A stretch of 64,000 nucleotides of DNA from Minutocellus sp. GHC0000111. Taxonomy: Eukaryota. A model generated the notes under the pieces. The model made no database searches, was not told the DNA's origin, and was given only the letters and a program-made list of their open reading frames with translations. This document shows positions 36,500-47,436 of this stretch, one piece after another (position 1 is the first letter of the stretch; every line of letters starts with the position of its first letter). The position numbers and the translations under genes were made by a program. The stretch spans positions 2,852,001 to 2,916,000 of the forward strand of contig OZ361257.1 in assembly GCA_977018835.1 (NCBI GenBank), written 5' to 3'.

Positions 36500-39400
36500 T
36501 TCCCTCGCCGACGCGGATGTAATATTGATGAGTTTTGCCGCTTTGATGGGAGATCTATCACATTCCGATGACAATCCTTTTGCTGGCCTTGGTAGATCTA
36601 GTAAATCGGGGACGGGATCTCGGTTGAGGTCAAGGAAGCGGTATAGAGTGATCCCTTCGCCCCTTAGTTCCATCCATTTCTGGCGAGTTTGTCTTGACGT
36701 GGCCCAAAAAGTTGAGGCTCCCACCGCCGCTTCAGCAAAAATGGCTAGAAAGCTCGCGGCGACATATCGGTGGTGCATCTCTGGAACGCCTATCGGGAGA
36801 GGCAAATTGGATGATCTTTTCGGGTAAGTCGAGCAAAGCTTTGTTTCTCATACGACATCTTCTTACACGTAACCCCACAAATTTTCCTTCTTTTTATCCT
36901 CCTCACCTCTTTCAACTGCTGAATGTCTATGTGCCTCTATTCCTCTGTACCTTATAGTCTTCTTCTTTTCCTACAAACGCCAAAGCCCTTTGATGACCTA
37001 AGTTGGTTCAAAAGTAGCTTTCTATTGTCGCAAGGAGATGCCTTGAAGAGACTATCGCATCTCTTACAGAATGTAATGTGGAGATCGACCAAGGACAATG
37101 ATGCCGTTCGGCGCCAAATGGGTATTCCAGATCAGGAAGAGAAAAAGGTGAAGCTTCAATTTAGCACTGTTGAGAAATAAATTTTACGAGAAACAACTCC
37201 AAGCTACGGTAGATGTCGCTGAGCGCGTTATGAAATCTAGTGATGCCAGCGCCGGTGGTGGTAGCGGCGTCTCAGGAAGAAGTGTTGGAGTGAGAGCTCG
37301 CCGGGCTACGGCAAGAGATCTTGATTCACTCAACAATTTGCTCCAAAAGCTGAGAGCAGCCTGCAACCACCCCCAGGTCGGCGCATCTGGAATGAACCGA
37401 CGGAGGCATGGTCCGGGCCATCATCATGTTGCAGGCGGCAGCGTTGCGGACCGCGTTCTCACGATGGATGAGATATTAGATAGACTCATTGACGATGCCA
37501 AAGGAAAGTGTGAGGAGGCTCAGAGAATCACTGTATTGTACACTAATGGACTTGCATCGCTCATGAGGCTAAAGTCCGAAGCAATAGACGAGGGTCGCGT
37601 GGAATTGAATGGCCAAAATTCAACCGACAGTATGATAAAATTGTTGGAGAAGAGCATAGCTTACTACCAGGAGGTAATTAACATGACCATTGCAAACTCT
37701 TCACCTACCGAGGCGATTGGAGCGGCGGAACTCCGAGGATCGACGGGATTTTATTCCAATCGTGTGATTGTTCGAGATGGGACCGCATCTCTTGGCTGGA
37801 AATTTAGATATGGGTGCAACAATGCTTCAAATTTGAGCGGTACGTCTTTCAATCAAGCTTGGTGCTCTTTTACCTTCAGTGGAGCAGCCAAGATTATCAA
37901 TAGCATCAAGATCCGGCCTATCGTCATCCTTCCCGAAGATTTGGTGGGAAATGCAAATACTGATGGGTGGACTATTTTGAGGCCAAAGGATTGTGTGTTG
38001 CAAATCTCGAGCGCCGCGGTAGGTGGAGAATTCGTCGACATTCACCGCTTCACTCTCTCGGATGACGAACACGATGGCGCTTGGAGAAAAGTATCTGACT
38101 TTTTTTCGCCTTCTCGATCCAAGACATGGCGGTTGATGATTGAATCTTACTACAATCCTACCAGCGGGTCTCGTCAAGGCCCAGATCTCTACTTCACTGG
38201 CATTGATGTAGTACTTTTTGAGCCTGAGATCGCACCAGACAACCTCCAGTGTCTGCATACTCTGACCAATGGTGCAATTGTTCGTTCCTCGCTCATGGAA
38301 AAGAGCGGCGGAGGCGGCGGCGTTGACAGTGACGGCAACACTTGTAATGGCGAGCACAATGCGGGAGAAGAAGGTTGTGCCATACCATCGATAAGAGAAA
38401 AGATTAAATCGATGGAAGATGAGGCAAAAGCATTGTCGTCCAACTATTTGGCTTATGCTCGTGCAGTCCACGAGAGAAGCCACGCGAAGCTGCAATTTGC
38501 CATCGAAGCTCGAGAAGTGACCGAGAGAGATCTTGGCAGCTCGTCCGATGGATCGAATCCTTGGTATCAAGATGTCCTGGCATGGTGCGCAACCCAAGGC
38601 AGTGGGCTGATAAAAGGATGTTATGCGAAATCGTCCGAAATGGTCTGTCGAGTCATCAAGCAACGACACAGAACACATATCAAAGGCTTGAAGTTCGGAA
38701 CAAGAATTCAAGTATGGCAAAACTGGAGCATTGTCTCGTCCGGAGGGGACAATTTGCTGAATTCACTAGCGTAGATGGGCTAAATGTGGCGCTCGCAAGG
38801 CGAATCCAGCAGGGAGAGGCTGAATTGAACCTCAAGAAGGATGAAGATATGGCCGCGTGTATTCGCACTGTCTCTGACCTTTCTTCCAAGCCATCCGATC
38901 GGGAGGTGATTGAGAATAGTCATTGCAAACGGTGCAGAAAGGACTGGAATCAAAAGGGACCGGTTTGCGGTAAGTACTACATAGTGTTGGGACCTTGATG
39001 CATCTTCTCGTTCTATCTTCGATTCACTTTACCATTCATTTCTCATCTTACACTTTCTTATCTATCCTTATGCACATATGTATTCCGCGTTTAGGTCACT
39101 GCCATCTCGAGGACACAATTGTAAAACTGACGAAACTTTCTAATGATCCCGAGCTCGATTGCGTTTGCCGTTCAATCTACAGATATATCCAACAACGTAT
39201 TTCTTCGACAAAGACAAATACACCTGCCAATGGAGAAGCGGAATTCCTCCAATCACTCCAGCAACGAGCTATTCTGTTCTTTGAATTGCAAGACAAGCGA
39301 AGACATGAGGTTGTCGCCGCCAAAATGAAATGGAAGTCACATTTTGACTTGATGTCCGACATTGATGAGCTGCAGCAGTGCAAGCAGACTTCTCGATTGC

Positions 39401-40401
39401 TCCGGAGCGACGATAATATTTCCGAGCTTACGGAACAAGAAGCTGCGGTCATTATCGATCCCAATAACATTGCTGCTGAAATTATGGAAAATGAACTAAA
39501 GCAAGCGTCAGCCCAGAGAGAACTAAGAATCCACAAGGATTCGCTTCGATATCTCAAGAATCAAAGAGCCGAACGAAAAGTCACCGCCCAAAGAACGTCT
39601 TCTGGAGAAGATCAAGGCGAAGAGGTTGCAAAATCTGCTCCCGATAGCTGTGCAGTTTGTTTATCGGACCTCCATGGAGAACGATCTGTTTTGCGATGCG
39701 GTCATTGCTTCCATCAAGAGTGTTTAGAACGCCTTCTCTCGAGATCTGGTGGAGGAAGTGTTGTAGGGTGTCCCATGCGCTGCCGTGTAACAACCAGAAG
39801 AGAAGATGTATTTCTCGCCACGGACATGCGCAAAGACGATGGTAGTCAGCAGCGTCGCCAAGTAAAGGGTCAGTATGGTGTGAAGGTCGATAGGCTGGTA
39901 GGCGATGTGCTCGACATGATTGACGCCGGCGAGAGAGGTATTGTTTTCTCGCAATGGGAGGACATGCTCGATGTTGTTGCCACGGCGCTTTCTAAGAATG
40001 AAGTAACCTACATCCGTCCGCGATCCGGTCGGCGCTTTGGCGAGGACATTAAGCGGTTCAAAGTTGGCGATTGTCCCGTTCTTTTGATGAATGTGAAGAA
40101 TGGAGCCGAGGGCCTTACCATTGTCGAGGCCAATCACGTTTTCATGCTGGAGCCACTACTAAATTCAGGTCTCGATGTCCAGGCAATAAGCCGAATATCG
40201 AGGATCGGCCAACAGCAGAAGACGTTTGTACACCGATACGTCGTCGATAACACCGTTGAGGTGAACATTGACAAAATCCGAATGGAAAGGCAGGCAAATC
40301 ACTTCGAAGATGATCTTTTGGAGCAGCAGAAGCACGGAATCAAAGGCGGTGGAATCGATGGTGGCTTCGACGTTTCTGAGCTTCATCAACTGTTTGGATG
40401 A
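36500..40401 (+). pseudogene. SHPRH: SHPRH/Rad5-like SNF2 helicase-RING E3 ligase, 5'-truncated and with frameshifts at about 37178 and 38600
   Basis: Motifs WRVCLDVAQ (degenerate DEAQ), RWCISGTP, LRAACNHPQV, a RING (CAVC...CGHCFHQEC...CPMRC), IVFSQW, GAEGLTIVEANHV and QAISRISRIGQ. Introns at about 36824-36957 and 38970-39094. Helicase motif I is missing. Confidence 0.88.
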
Positions 40402-40581
40402 AATGCTACAGCTGTACGTAACTAGCGGAGAGAATGAGAGCTGATCGTAGTGGAGGATAACATGTTATAAAACTGATGGGGCACTATTTGTTACTATTCA
40501 GCTACTGCTTAACTGGATCAAACGTACTATTCTTCTGTCTCAATATCCATCGCCGACTTGGACGTCGCGGCCTTCTTGGCC

Positions 40582-43113
40582 TTAGGAATTGACCACGACG
40601 GGCTCGAAGTACTCACTGTCCATTCGATATGAAGTGAAATTCCAATTCAGGATATCGTGGGCTTGCCAGTTCTCTTCTCCTGTTGCCGCTGTAAAGCCCA
40701 CGTATGCCCTGCCTCCATTCAGCTTTAGCGTCGAGGCCAGATTGAGTGGGACGATCAACACCGGCTCTCGAAGGTTATTGCAGAACACGCGAAGCATACC
40801 GAGACCACTGCCGCCCCAGTCGCCTAGGCCCCCAGTAGGATAGTTGCCATTCTCAAAGAAAGAAGTCACATGAGATGAGGCGACATACGAGGGTTGAATC
40901 AACGAGTCAATGTCGAATCGGGGAATGTACTCGATCTTGACATCAATCTCTCCACGTGCTAGATCTGGAACAGCTGTAGTATGGCCTAGGCTATAGGAAT
41001 GATTGGAATCATTTGGGGCTCTCCAGCCGAGAGTGTGAATGCTCACATGTGAGCTAAATGGATCCAAAGCTTCATGGTTGAAGAATGTATCGAATTCAAT
41101 GGCCAATGAATTGTCAATCCCAGCATATCCAAGACCGAGCCCACCATCTCCAAGAGCGTCGATGCCTTGACCTTGGATCACAAAGGCGAATCCATCGGCT
41201 CCGCGCGATACGCAGTGCCTGTGCACGTCGTTGAGAACGTTGCATCGAGTCGAATGCTCAGTGATACGGTATCTAAATGTAGTCACAAATCCTTCAGCAA
41301 CATCCTGGGGGCGGCGGTACCAAGCCGCACCACGCAAGTGATCGGAGGCTTCGGTGAGCCGTAGAGCCGGCCCACAGGCAGCGGAAATATCAGCAATGTT
41401 AGTCTCATTGAAACGCTCAAAGATGAAGCGACTATCATCCGACTCGCGATGAGGCGTAGAGCGGCAAGTAAGCGTCTCTGAGTTGCACCCTCCCAACGTA
41501 GGATCATATTCATCGCAGCAAATGCTTGATGAGTTGCAATTCAAGATTGCAGCATCACCGATTAGCGCCAGGCCGTAATGGCCCTCACCATCCTTAACAC
41601 CCGACGGGCCGATGCTACTGCTTGAATCGATCGGACCATGGCTCTGCGTCAGGTTGGCATCGAATGATTCAAAATTGATATCGTCAGCGAGAGTGTGGGC
41701 AGTGACTGTGGTGTTGAGGCCCTCGAGAGCCCTGCTTATCTCTACCGAGAGGATGGAGTTGTCTTGAAGTCGACCATAGGAGTCTAGATTCTTCCACCAT
41801 CCCTCCTGTTCTTGGTTACCTGCCAAAGCCGCAATGGAGACATAGTAAAGAGAATTTGGCTCCAATCCTCGAATCGTTGTCTTGGTAATATTTCCTACAA
41901 TCATTTCGTTCCAGTCCGAAGGTGATGAGCGTGTTGCTCTGGAGTACCTCAAGACGTATCCGGTCGTGACGAGATTTTGAGACCACTCGTCCCCCCCGGG
42001 TGCCCACGCAACATCGATGGCATGAGAGGCGGCATTCGAGGTTGTCACGTAGCTTGGCGGCGGAGGAGCCTTGGCGTAGGTAAAGTATGGCTTGCCATCG
42101 GTGAGACCAGGGAGCGCGCCATTCCTAACCTCCACCATTGATTGTGGCGATATCAGTGGGCCCATACTCTTTTGAAGATCTTGATCTATTGGTGGAGAGA
42201 TACAGGTTAGGATCTGTTGGGAGTGGTTCACATCGTGCGTTACATTGACGCATGGCTTGCCAGCGATGAAGACATGACCTGGACTACCGATTCCCAGTAC
42301 TCCTCCCTGTCCAAAATGTTTTCCCTCGAGGGTAATCGTCTCGCCTCCACTGCGAAGACAGTTGAACGCCTGGCCAAACTCGAGGGAGGAGTTGCGATGG
42401 AGCCATGCAGTTCGTTCAGCGAAGAGAGCGTCGTTGGCCTGAATTTGATGTGTAGCAATGGGATACTCCCTGTGGACGAAAGAGCTGGAGCTCGAGTATA
42501 CTTCCCCATTACAACCCGACACGCGTTGAATCAGTGGACGCCGTGCAATGCGAAGAAAGTCGATATTGAGCGCCCCATTGGCAGTTGCCTCGAGGGACAG
42601 TCCGACCAAGGTCATATTGCTCTCATTGATCTCAATGGGCAAGTATACCGTCTTCCAGTTCCCGTTGCCTGCAATCGGAAAGGGTACATCAATAATGCTG
42701 GTACTAGAGCTCTCAACCACACCATCGTCGAGGATTACGCCGAGACCGAATTTGCCTTGGGATTTCGCTGATGATGAGATGGATCTGTAGCGCATGACAA
42801 TGGAATGCCTATCATCGGTCAAGGGAAGATGGATTCTGGGCGAGTTGATGACGAAGGAGTCGCCACTACTGATCTTGAGGGTACCATCGGATTTGAGGGT
42901 ACCATCGGATGGAGAGTGGCGAAGCTCGATAAGAGGACTTCCGTGGAATCCTTCGACGCCGGTAATGAAGTCGAACGAGACGTCGACTGCATTTTCAAGC
43001 AAGGGAGACGTAGAGGATAGATCATCCGCCGCTTCGGTAGCGCAGATAGGCCTATAGACCAGGAGCCACAGGACCGGCAAGAGACGGGTCAACTTTCCTC
43101 GAAGAGCAGCCAT
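40582..43113 (-). CDS. Secreted protein with IPT/TIG-like, fibronectin type III and legume (L-type) lectin domains
   Basis: Signal peptide; ITLEGKHFG; FN3 (VAW...GYVLRY...IRGLEPNSLYYVSIAA); lectin motifs (LRLT...GAAW...GADGFAFVIQ...SLAIEFDT...AYVGFTAATG). Confidence 0.85.
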   Translation of the reverse strand: MAALRGKLTRLLPVLWLLVYRPICATEAADDLSSTSPLLENAVDVSFDFITGVEGFHGSPLIELRHSPSDGTLKSDGTLKISSGDSFVINSPRIHLPLTDDRHSIVMRYRSISSSAKSQGKFGLGVILDDGVVESSSTSIIDVPFPIAGNGNWKTVYLPIEINESNMTLVGLSLEATANGALNIDFLRIARRPLIQRVSGCNGEVYSSSSSFVHREYPIATHQIQANDALFAERTAWLHRNSSLEFGQAFNCLRSGGETITLEGKHFGQGGVLGIGSPGHVFIAGKPCVNVTHDVNHSQQILTCISPPIDQDLQKSMGPLISPQSMVEVRNGALPGLTDGKPYFTYAKAPPPPSYVTTSNAASHAIDVAWAPGGDEWSQNLVTTGYVLRYSRATRSSPSDWNEMIVGNITKTTIRGLEPNSLYYVSIAALAGNQEQEGWWKNLDSYGRLQDNSILSVEISRALEGLNTTVTAHTLADDINFESFDANLTQSHGPIDSSSSIGPSGVKDGEGHYGLALIGDAAILNCNSSSICCDEYDPTLGGCNSETLTCRSTPHRESDDSRFIFERFNETNIADISAACGPALRLTEASDHLRGAAWYRRPQDVAEGFVTTFRYRITEHSTRCNVLNDVHRHCVSRGADGFAFVIQGQGIDALGDGGLGLGYAGIDNSLAIEFDTFFNHEALDPFSSHVSIHTLGWRAPNDSNHSYSLGHTTAVPDLARGEIDVKIEYIPRFDIDSLIQPSYVASSHVTSFFENGNYPTGGLGDWGGSGLGMLRVFCNNLREPVLIVPLNLASTLKLNGGRAYVGFTAATGEENWQAHDILNWNFTSYRMDSEYFEPVVVNS

Positions 43114-43417
43114 GGTGCTGCTATAGACCAGTCTCTACCTCTTTCTCCGGAACGCAGAGGGACGCTCAACGATGGCTAATATCGAAATGGTGTCGGTCAC
43201 GTTATGAGATTTTCCATACACGTATTTGAAAATTGGGGGTCAGGTCTCTGCAACTCGTGTTGGCCCTAACCCCCGAAAAAGCACAAATGGTTCATCTATC
43301 TATATATTTCATACTGCCACTACCCAGGGCAACTGACTCATCGAATTAAACTGTCGATCCTTGCCCCATCCACTACGTAGCTACGTAGCCATGCATCCTA
43401 ATCTTTCCATTCCAGAT

Positions 43418-43936
43418 CTATTTCGCCTGCATGCCCTGGAGCATCTCTGCCATGTCGTTCTGCAATGCCTGGTACTTTTCAGCCACCATTTCCGTAGCCT
43501 TGGTCTCTGCCGCCCGGATGCCCTCCACGAGCGCCTCGTTCAAATCATCGCAGGCCGCATCGGCCAGGTATCCCTCGTCGATGTCGATCGCCACCACGTC
43601 GTATCCTGGGTTGGGATTGACGGGAAGCTGCGCCGGCACGTACTTGACCGTGACCTTGATCTTGTCTTCGGCGGCCGCCCCAACAATGTCGGTCTGCTGC
43701 AACTCCTTGTCGAGGTCGGCCTTCTTCTTGGCCACCTCCTGCGCCTTCTTGAACATGGCCAGCTGGTCCATCATGCCCGGTCCCTTGGCCTCGCCGCCTT
43801 CGCCCTTGTTTCCGCCGCCGAAGAGGTGGAGGGCCGAAGATGATGATGAAGTTTGTGCTGCTGATCGGCTGATGGACGGGGAGAAGGCCGATGCCGAAGC
43901 AACGAGGAGGGCAGCAGAGCAGATGGAGAGCTTCAT
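43418..43936 (-). CDS. Plastid-targeted YbaB/EbfC family protein
   Basis: ASAF presequence; FKKAQEVAKKKADLDKEL...IKVTV...IDID...LNEALVEGIRAAE is the YbaB pattern. Confidence 0.8.
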   Translation of the reverse strand: MKLSICSAALLVASASAFSPSISRSAAQTSSSSSALHLFGGGNKGEGGEAKGPGMMDQLAMFKKAQEVAKKKADLDKELQQTDIVGAAAEDKIKVTVKYVPAQLPVNPNPGYDVVAIDIDEGYLADAACDDLNEALVEGIRAAETKATEMVAEKYQALQNDMAEMLQGMQAK

Positions 43937-44175
43937 TGTGGGTCTATATTTGGGTTGACTGGGATAGAGAGTGAGAGAAGGATATCAATCCAAGCCCGAG
44001 AGGTTCAATCGATCGAAAGCGCCCTCCGGGTTCTGTCGGCGTCTGTCCATCACTGACATGAGGCGTGCGTGTTCATGCATGTTGGCGGACAGACCTACGC
44101 CATCCCTTTATTACACGTGGAAGGTCGACAGCCCACCATCCAATCCGATGCCACAAGCAAAAGTTGCCAGCCAAG

Positions 44176-47100
44176 ATGGGAAAGCAAGGCAAGAGAAAGG
44201 CTGGCCCGGTCACCGAGGCCAGCAGCCGCAAGGCCCGGAGGAAGGAGCAGCGCCAGATGAAGAAGCAGCGACGGGCTCGCTCGGCATCCTTCGACTCCGC
44301 AGGTGGTCGACGCAGAAGCGAGAGCGGCGACAGTTGGACCCAAATGAGCAAGAAGAGCGGCAACAAGGCGAAAACCAATTCAGGAGGCGAATCCAACAAG
44401 ACGAAGAAGAAACGATCGTCGTCGGTCGACAAGCAGCAGAGTTTCGATGCCGGGGATCCGTATGCCCACCTCGACCCTGCCGTGGCAGCGCAGCTTCGTG
44501 CCGATGACGCCGAGATTGCCGAAATGGAACGGATGCTGGGTGTCGGCGGCGGCGGTGCCAAGACGGCCGAGGAGCGGAAGCGCCTGAACAAGGAATACGA
44601 GAAGCTCGAGGGATATGGTAGCGATTTCGGAGAGTTTCTTTACGATTTGGACGGTCTTGCCGAGCGACTGGGGGGTGGCGAGGATGGTAGTGAGCACAGG
44701 AATGGAGATGATCATTCCGAAGGTTCAGCTGCTAGCGATGTTGATATGCGTGAGCAGTATGAAAGCGAAGAAGATGAAGTTGTTGAGAAATCGGCGGAAA
44801 AGAAAAAGGACAAGTCCTCAAAGAAGGATAAAAAGAAGAGCAAGAGCAAAGAGGCTGCTTCGTCTTCCTCCTCAGATCCATACGCTCACATGGATGACGA
44901 AACTGCTGCCGCCCTCCGTGCCGAGGATGCCGAAATTGCTGCTTTGGAGGACAAATTGGGAATCAAGACTGGGAAGAAGGAACGGAAGAAACTGAACAAG
45001 GAGTATGCGAGCGAGGGGTATGACGAGTCCTTTGGTGATTGGCTCTATGGCCTGGACGATATGGTGGGTCGTCTTGCCAACGGTAAGGGCGGCGATTATG
45101 ACGATGGAGAGTTTTCGGGAAGCGATGCTTCATCAGCCGAATACGGCGATGCTTCATCTGACGGAGAAGAGATGCTCCCGATGAAAGATCCCGCCATGAG
45201 TGATGAGGAAGAGGACTTTGACGACGAATTTCATGCTCGATATGCCGCGGCATCCCAGGGACACAACGCGGAAGAGCAATCATCATCTGCCTCGGATTCC
45301 GATTCGGATAGCGATGATGGCACTAATGACAGCAAAAGTGGCAGTGGTAGCGAGTCCAATAGTGGAAGTGGGAATTCTGACGATTCTTCCGATGAAGAGG
45401 AAGGTAATGAGCCCGACCACGATGCCAAATTTACCTACCGACCGAGTGCAGGGGAGGATATTTACGGCAACAAGCGAGACGACGCCAACGATTCCGGCCA
45501 AAAGCCTACTAAATATGTACCTCCTCATCTTCGAAAGAAGATGGCACAAGAGCAGAGCGAGGAAGGAGCGCCTACTTCAAATAAGGGTGATAGAAATAAT
45601 GACTCGGATGAGGAGAAAAAGGACGAAGATGATACCGACCGACAGGAGAATTTGCGAAGCATCAAGCGATCTTTGAACAATGTATTGAATCGCCTTTCAG
45701 ATCAGATGCTAGAGTCTGTATCCAAGTCAATATCGGGTATGTACCGGTCAAATCCGGTCAACGATGTAAATGAATGCTTTCTTACCAACATTAAGAACGC
45801 TTGCGTCCCTTCGAATTTGGTCATGTCTGGCCTTATTCCCATTTATGTTGCCTGTGCCAGTGGCGTTCATGTTCAAACTGGCGATGACGTGCAATTAGGT
45901 GGCTATTTGCTGGAGCATATTGTTTTGGACTTGTTAAATGAGCTTGAGGAGGCCCGCAACGTCCAAGAAGATGACACTGCCATTGAGTACGATGAAGCCG
46001 CCGGAGGTGAGTCGGTCCTTTCCAATAAGAGACCATGCAACCTTGTTCTCATTCTCTGTTATCTCTACAACTACAACATCGTGCACTGTGCTCTTATGTA
46101 CGACCTCATTCGCGAGCTGATTGAAAATTTTAGTGAGATGGATGTGGAGGTATTGCTTCTCATTCTGAGCCATTGCGGTTACCAGCTGCGATCGGACGAT
46201 CCCACGGCGCTCAAGGATATTGTTTTGCTTGTTCAGGATAGGGCGATACGCGCAATGGACGACAAGGAGAAGGGCAAATCGGTCCGTTCTGCTAGCTCTT
46301 CTCGTGTGCAATACATGATTGGAGCGATGACCGACCTGAAGAACAATAAACGGCGCAGGAAGGACGAAGCCATCGGTCAGAAAACGGCCAGCTATCGAAA
46401 GATTGTCGGGCGGATCAAGTCCACTTCTGCCAACAGCTCGTTTGGTAAGTCGTCTGATGCTAGCATGCGCATCAAGCTTCAAGATATCAAAGATATCGAG
46501 ACCAAGGGTCGTTGGTGGAAAGTGGGGGCCAAATGGCGAGGAAATCAATTTCACGATGGCAGTGGCTCTACTTCTGGATCACACGACGATGATTCCAGAA
46601 GCAAGAGCCAGAGTGCCTCGGAAAGGGAAGAAGATGCACTTCTTGTTTTGGCATCCAAGTACCGGATGAATACCGATCTTCGTCGGTCTATCTTTTGTAT
46701 CATTATGGGAAGTACAGATTGCGAGGATGCCTTCGAGAAGCTGGTTCGAGCTGGTATGCTCAAGGGCAAGGCCGAGAGGGACGTTATTCGAGTTCTAATC
46801 GAGTGCTGCTCGCAAGAAAAGAGCTACAACCCGTATTATGCCCATCTCGCCAGTCGCATCTGTGAATATCAACCGAGCTGCAACTTCACTCTCCGTTTGA
46901 CTTACTGGGACGCCTTCAAACAATTCGACAGCATGAAGCCTCGCAAGGCTGCCAATATGGCCAAGCTCCTTGCTCATCTCGTTTGTAATGGACGTGGATT
47001 GAACTTGAACGTTCTCAAAGTGATAGACATCGACAACGACAGTATGTCCGAGAAGGCCATCATCTTCCTCATGGTTTTATTCACAACATTATTTGAGGCA

Positions 47101-47355
47101 TTCGACGATCCTCTTCAGGTAACGGGCTTGTTTGAGGCCGCATTCGCATCATCCAAAAAGAAGAGGAAGAGGAGCATGGGAGACGAAGACGACATTCCTG
47201 ATGATGACAGCGATGGCCTCAAAGAAAGTCTATCGCTCTTTTTGCTCCAATTTCTCAAGAAGAGCCCCAAGAATGTCAAGAAATCAAAGTTCAGGACGAA
47301 CTTCAAAGCTGCTGTGAAGGCCTGTGAGACCGATGAGCTAGACATGATGATGTAA
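44176..47355 (+). CDS. NOM1: Nucleolar MIF4G/MA3 domain protein (NOM1/Sgd1)
   Basis: Motifs KYVPPHLR, LNRLS, GRWWKVGA, RMNTDLRRSIFCIIMGSTDCEDAFEKL and QEKSYNPYY. Confidence 0.93.
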   Translation: MGKQGKRKAGPVTEASSRKARRKEQRQMKKQRRARSASFDSAGGRRRSESGDSWTQMSKKSGNKAKTNSGGESNKTKKKRSSSVDKQQSFDAGDPYAHLDPAVAAQLRADDAEIAEMERMLGVGGGGAKTAEERKRLNKEYEKLEGYGSDFGEFLYDLDGLAERLGGGEDGSEHRNGDDHSEGSAASDVDMREQYESEEDEVVEKSAEKKKDKSSKKDKKKSKSKEAASSSSSDPYAHMDDETAAALRAEDAEIAALEDKLGIKTGKKERKKLNKEYASEGYDESFGDWLYGLDDMVGRLANGKGGDYDDGEFSGSDASSAEYGDASSDGEEMLPMKDPAMSDEEEDFDDEFHARYAAASQGHNAEEQSSSASDSDSDSDDGTNDSKSGSGSESNSGSGNSDDSSDEEEGNEPDHDAKFTYRPSAGEDIYGNKRDDANDSGQKPTKYVPPHLRKKMAQEQSEEGAPTSNKGDRNNDSDEEKKDEDDTDRQENLRSIKRSLNNVLNRLSDQMLESVSKSISGMYRSNPVNDVNECFLTNIKNACVPSNLVMSGLIPIYVACASGVHVQTGDDVQLGGYLLEHIVLDLLNELEEARNVQEDDTAIEYDEAAGGESVLSNKRPCNLVLILCYLYNYNIVHCALMYDLIRELIENFSEMDVEVLLLILSHCGYQLRSDDPTALKDIVLLVQDRAIRAMDDKEKGKSVRSASSSRVQYMIGAMTDLKNNKRRRKDEAIGQKTASYRKIVGRIKSTSANSSFGKSSDASMRIKLQDIKDIETKGRWWKVGAKWRGNQFHDGSGSTSGSHDDDSRSKSQSASEREEDALLVLASKYRMNTDLRRSIFCIIMGSTDCEDAFEKLVRAGMLKGKAERDVIRVLIECCSQEKSYNPYYAHLASRICEYQPSCNFTLRLTYWDAFKQFDSMKPRKAANMAKLLAHLVCNGRGLNLNVLKVIDIDNDSMSEKAIIFLMVLFTTLFEAFDDPLQVTGLFEAAFASSKKKRKRSMGDEDDIPDDDSDGLKESLSLFLLQFLKKSPKNVKKSKFRTNFKAAVKACETDELDMMM

Positions 47356-47436
47356 CTGTACGTGTAGGAATTCCTAGTTTAGCCTTGTCACTTTACAATA
47401 GAACTGCAATGAGAAAACTAATTAGATTACCAGTAT

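Noticed and set aside
37170..37190. Euplotes-style +1 programmed frameshift (AAA TAA) in SHPRH
   Set aside because: The motif fits, but the gene is 5'-truncated with other lesions, and no other frameshift in the window shares the motif. Decay or error is simpler.
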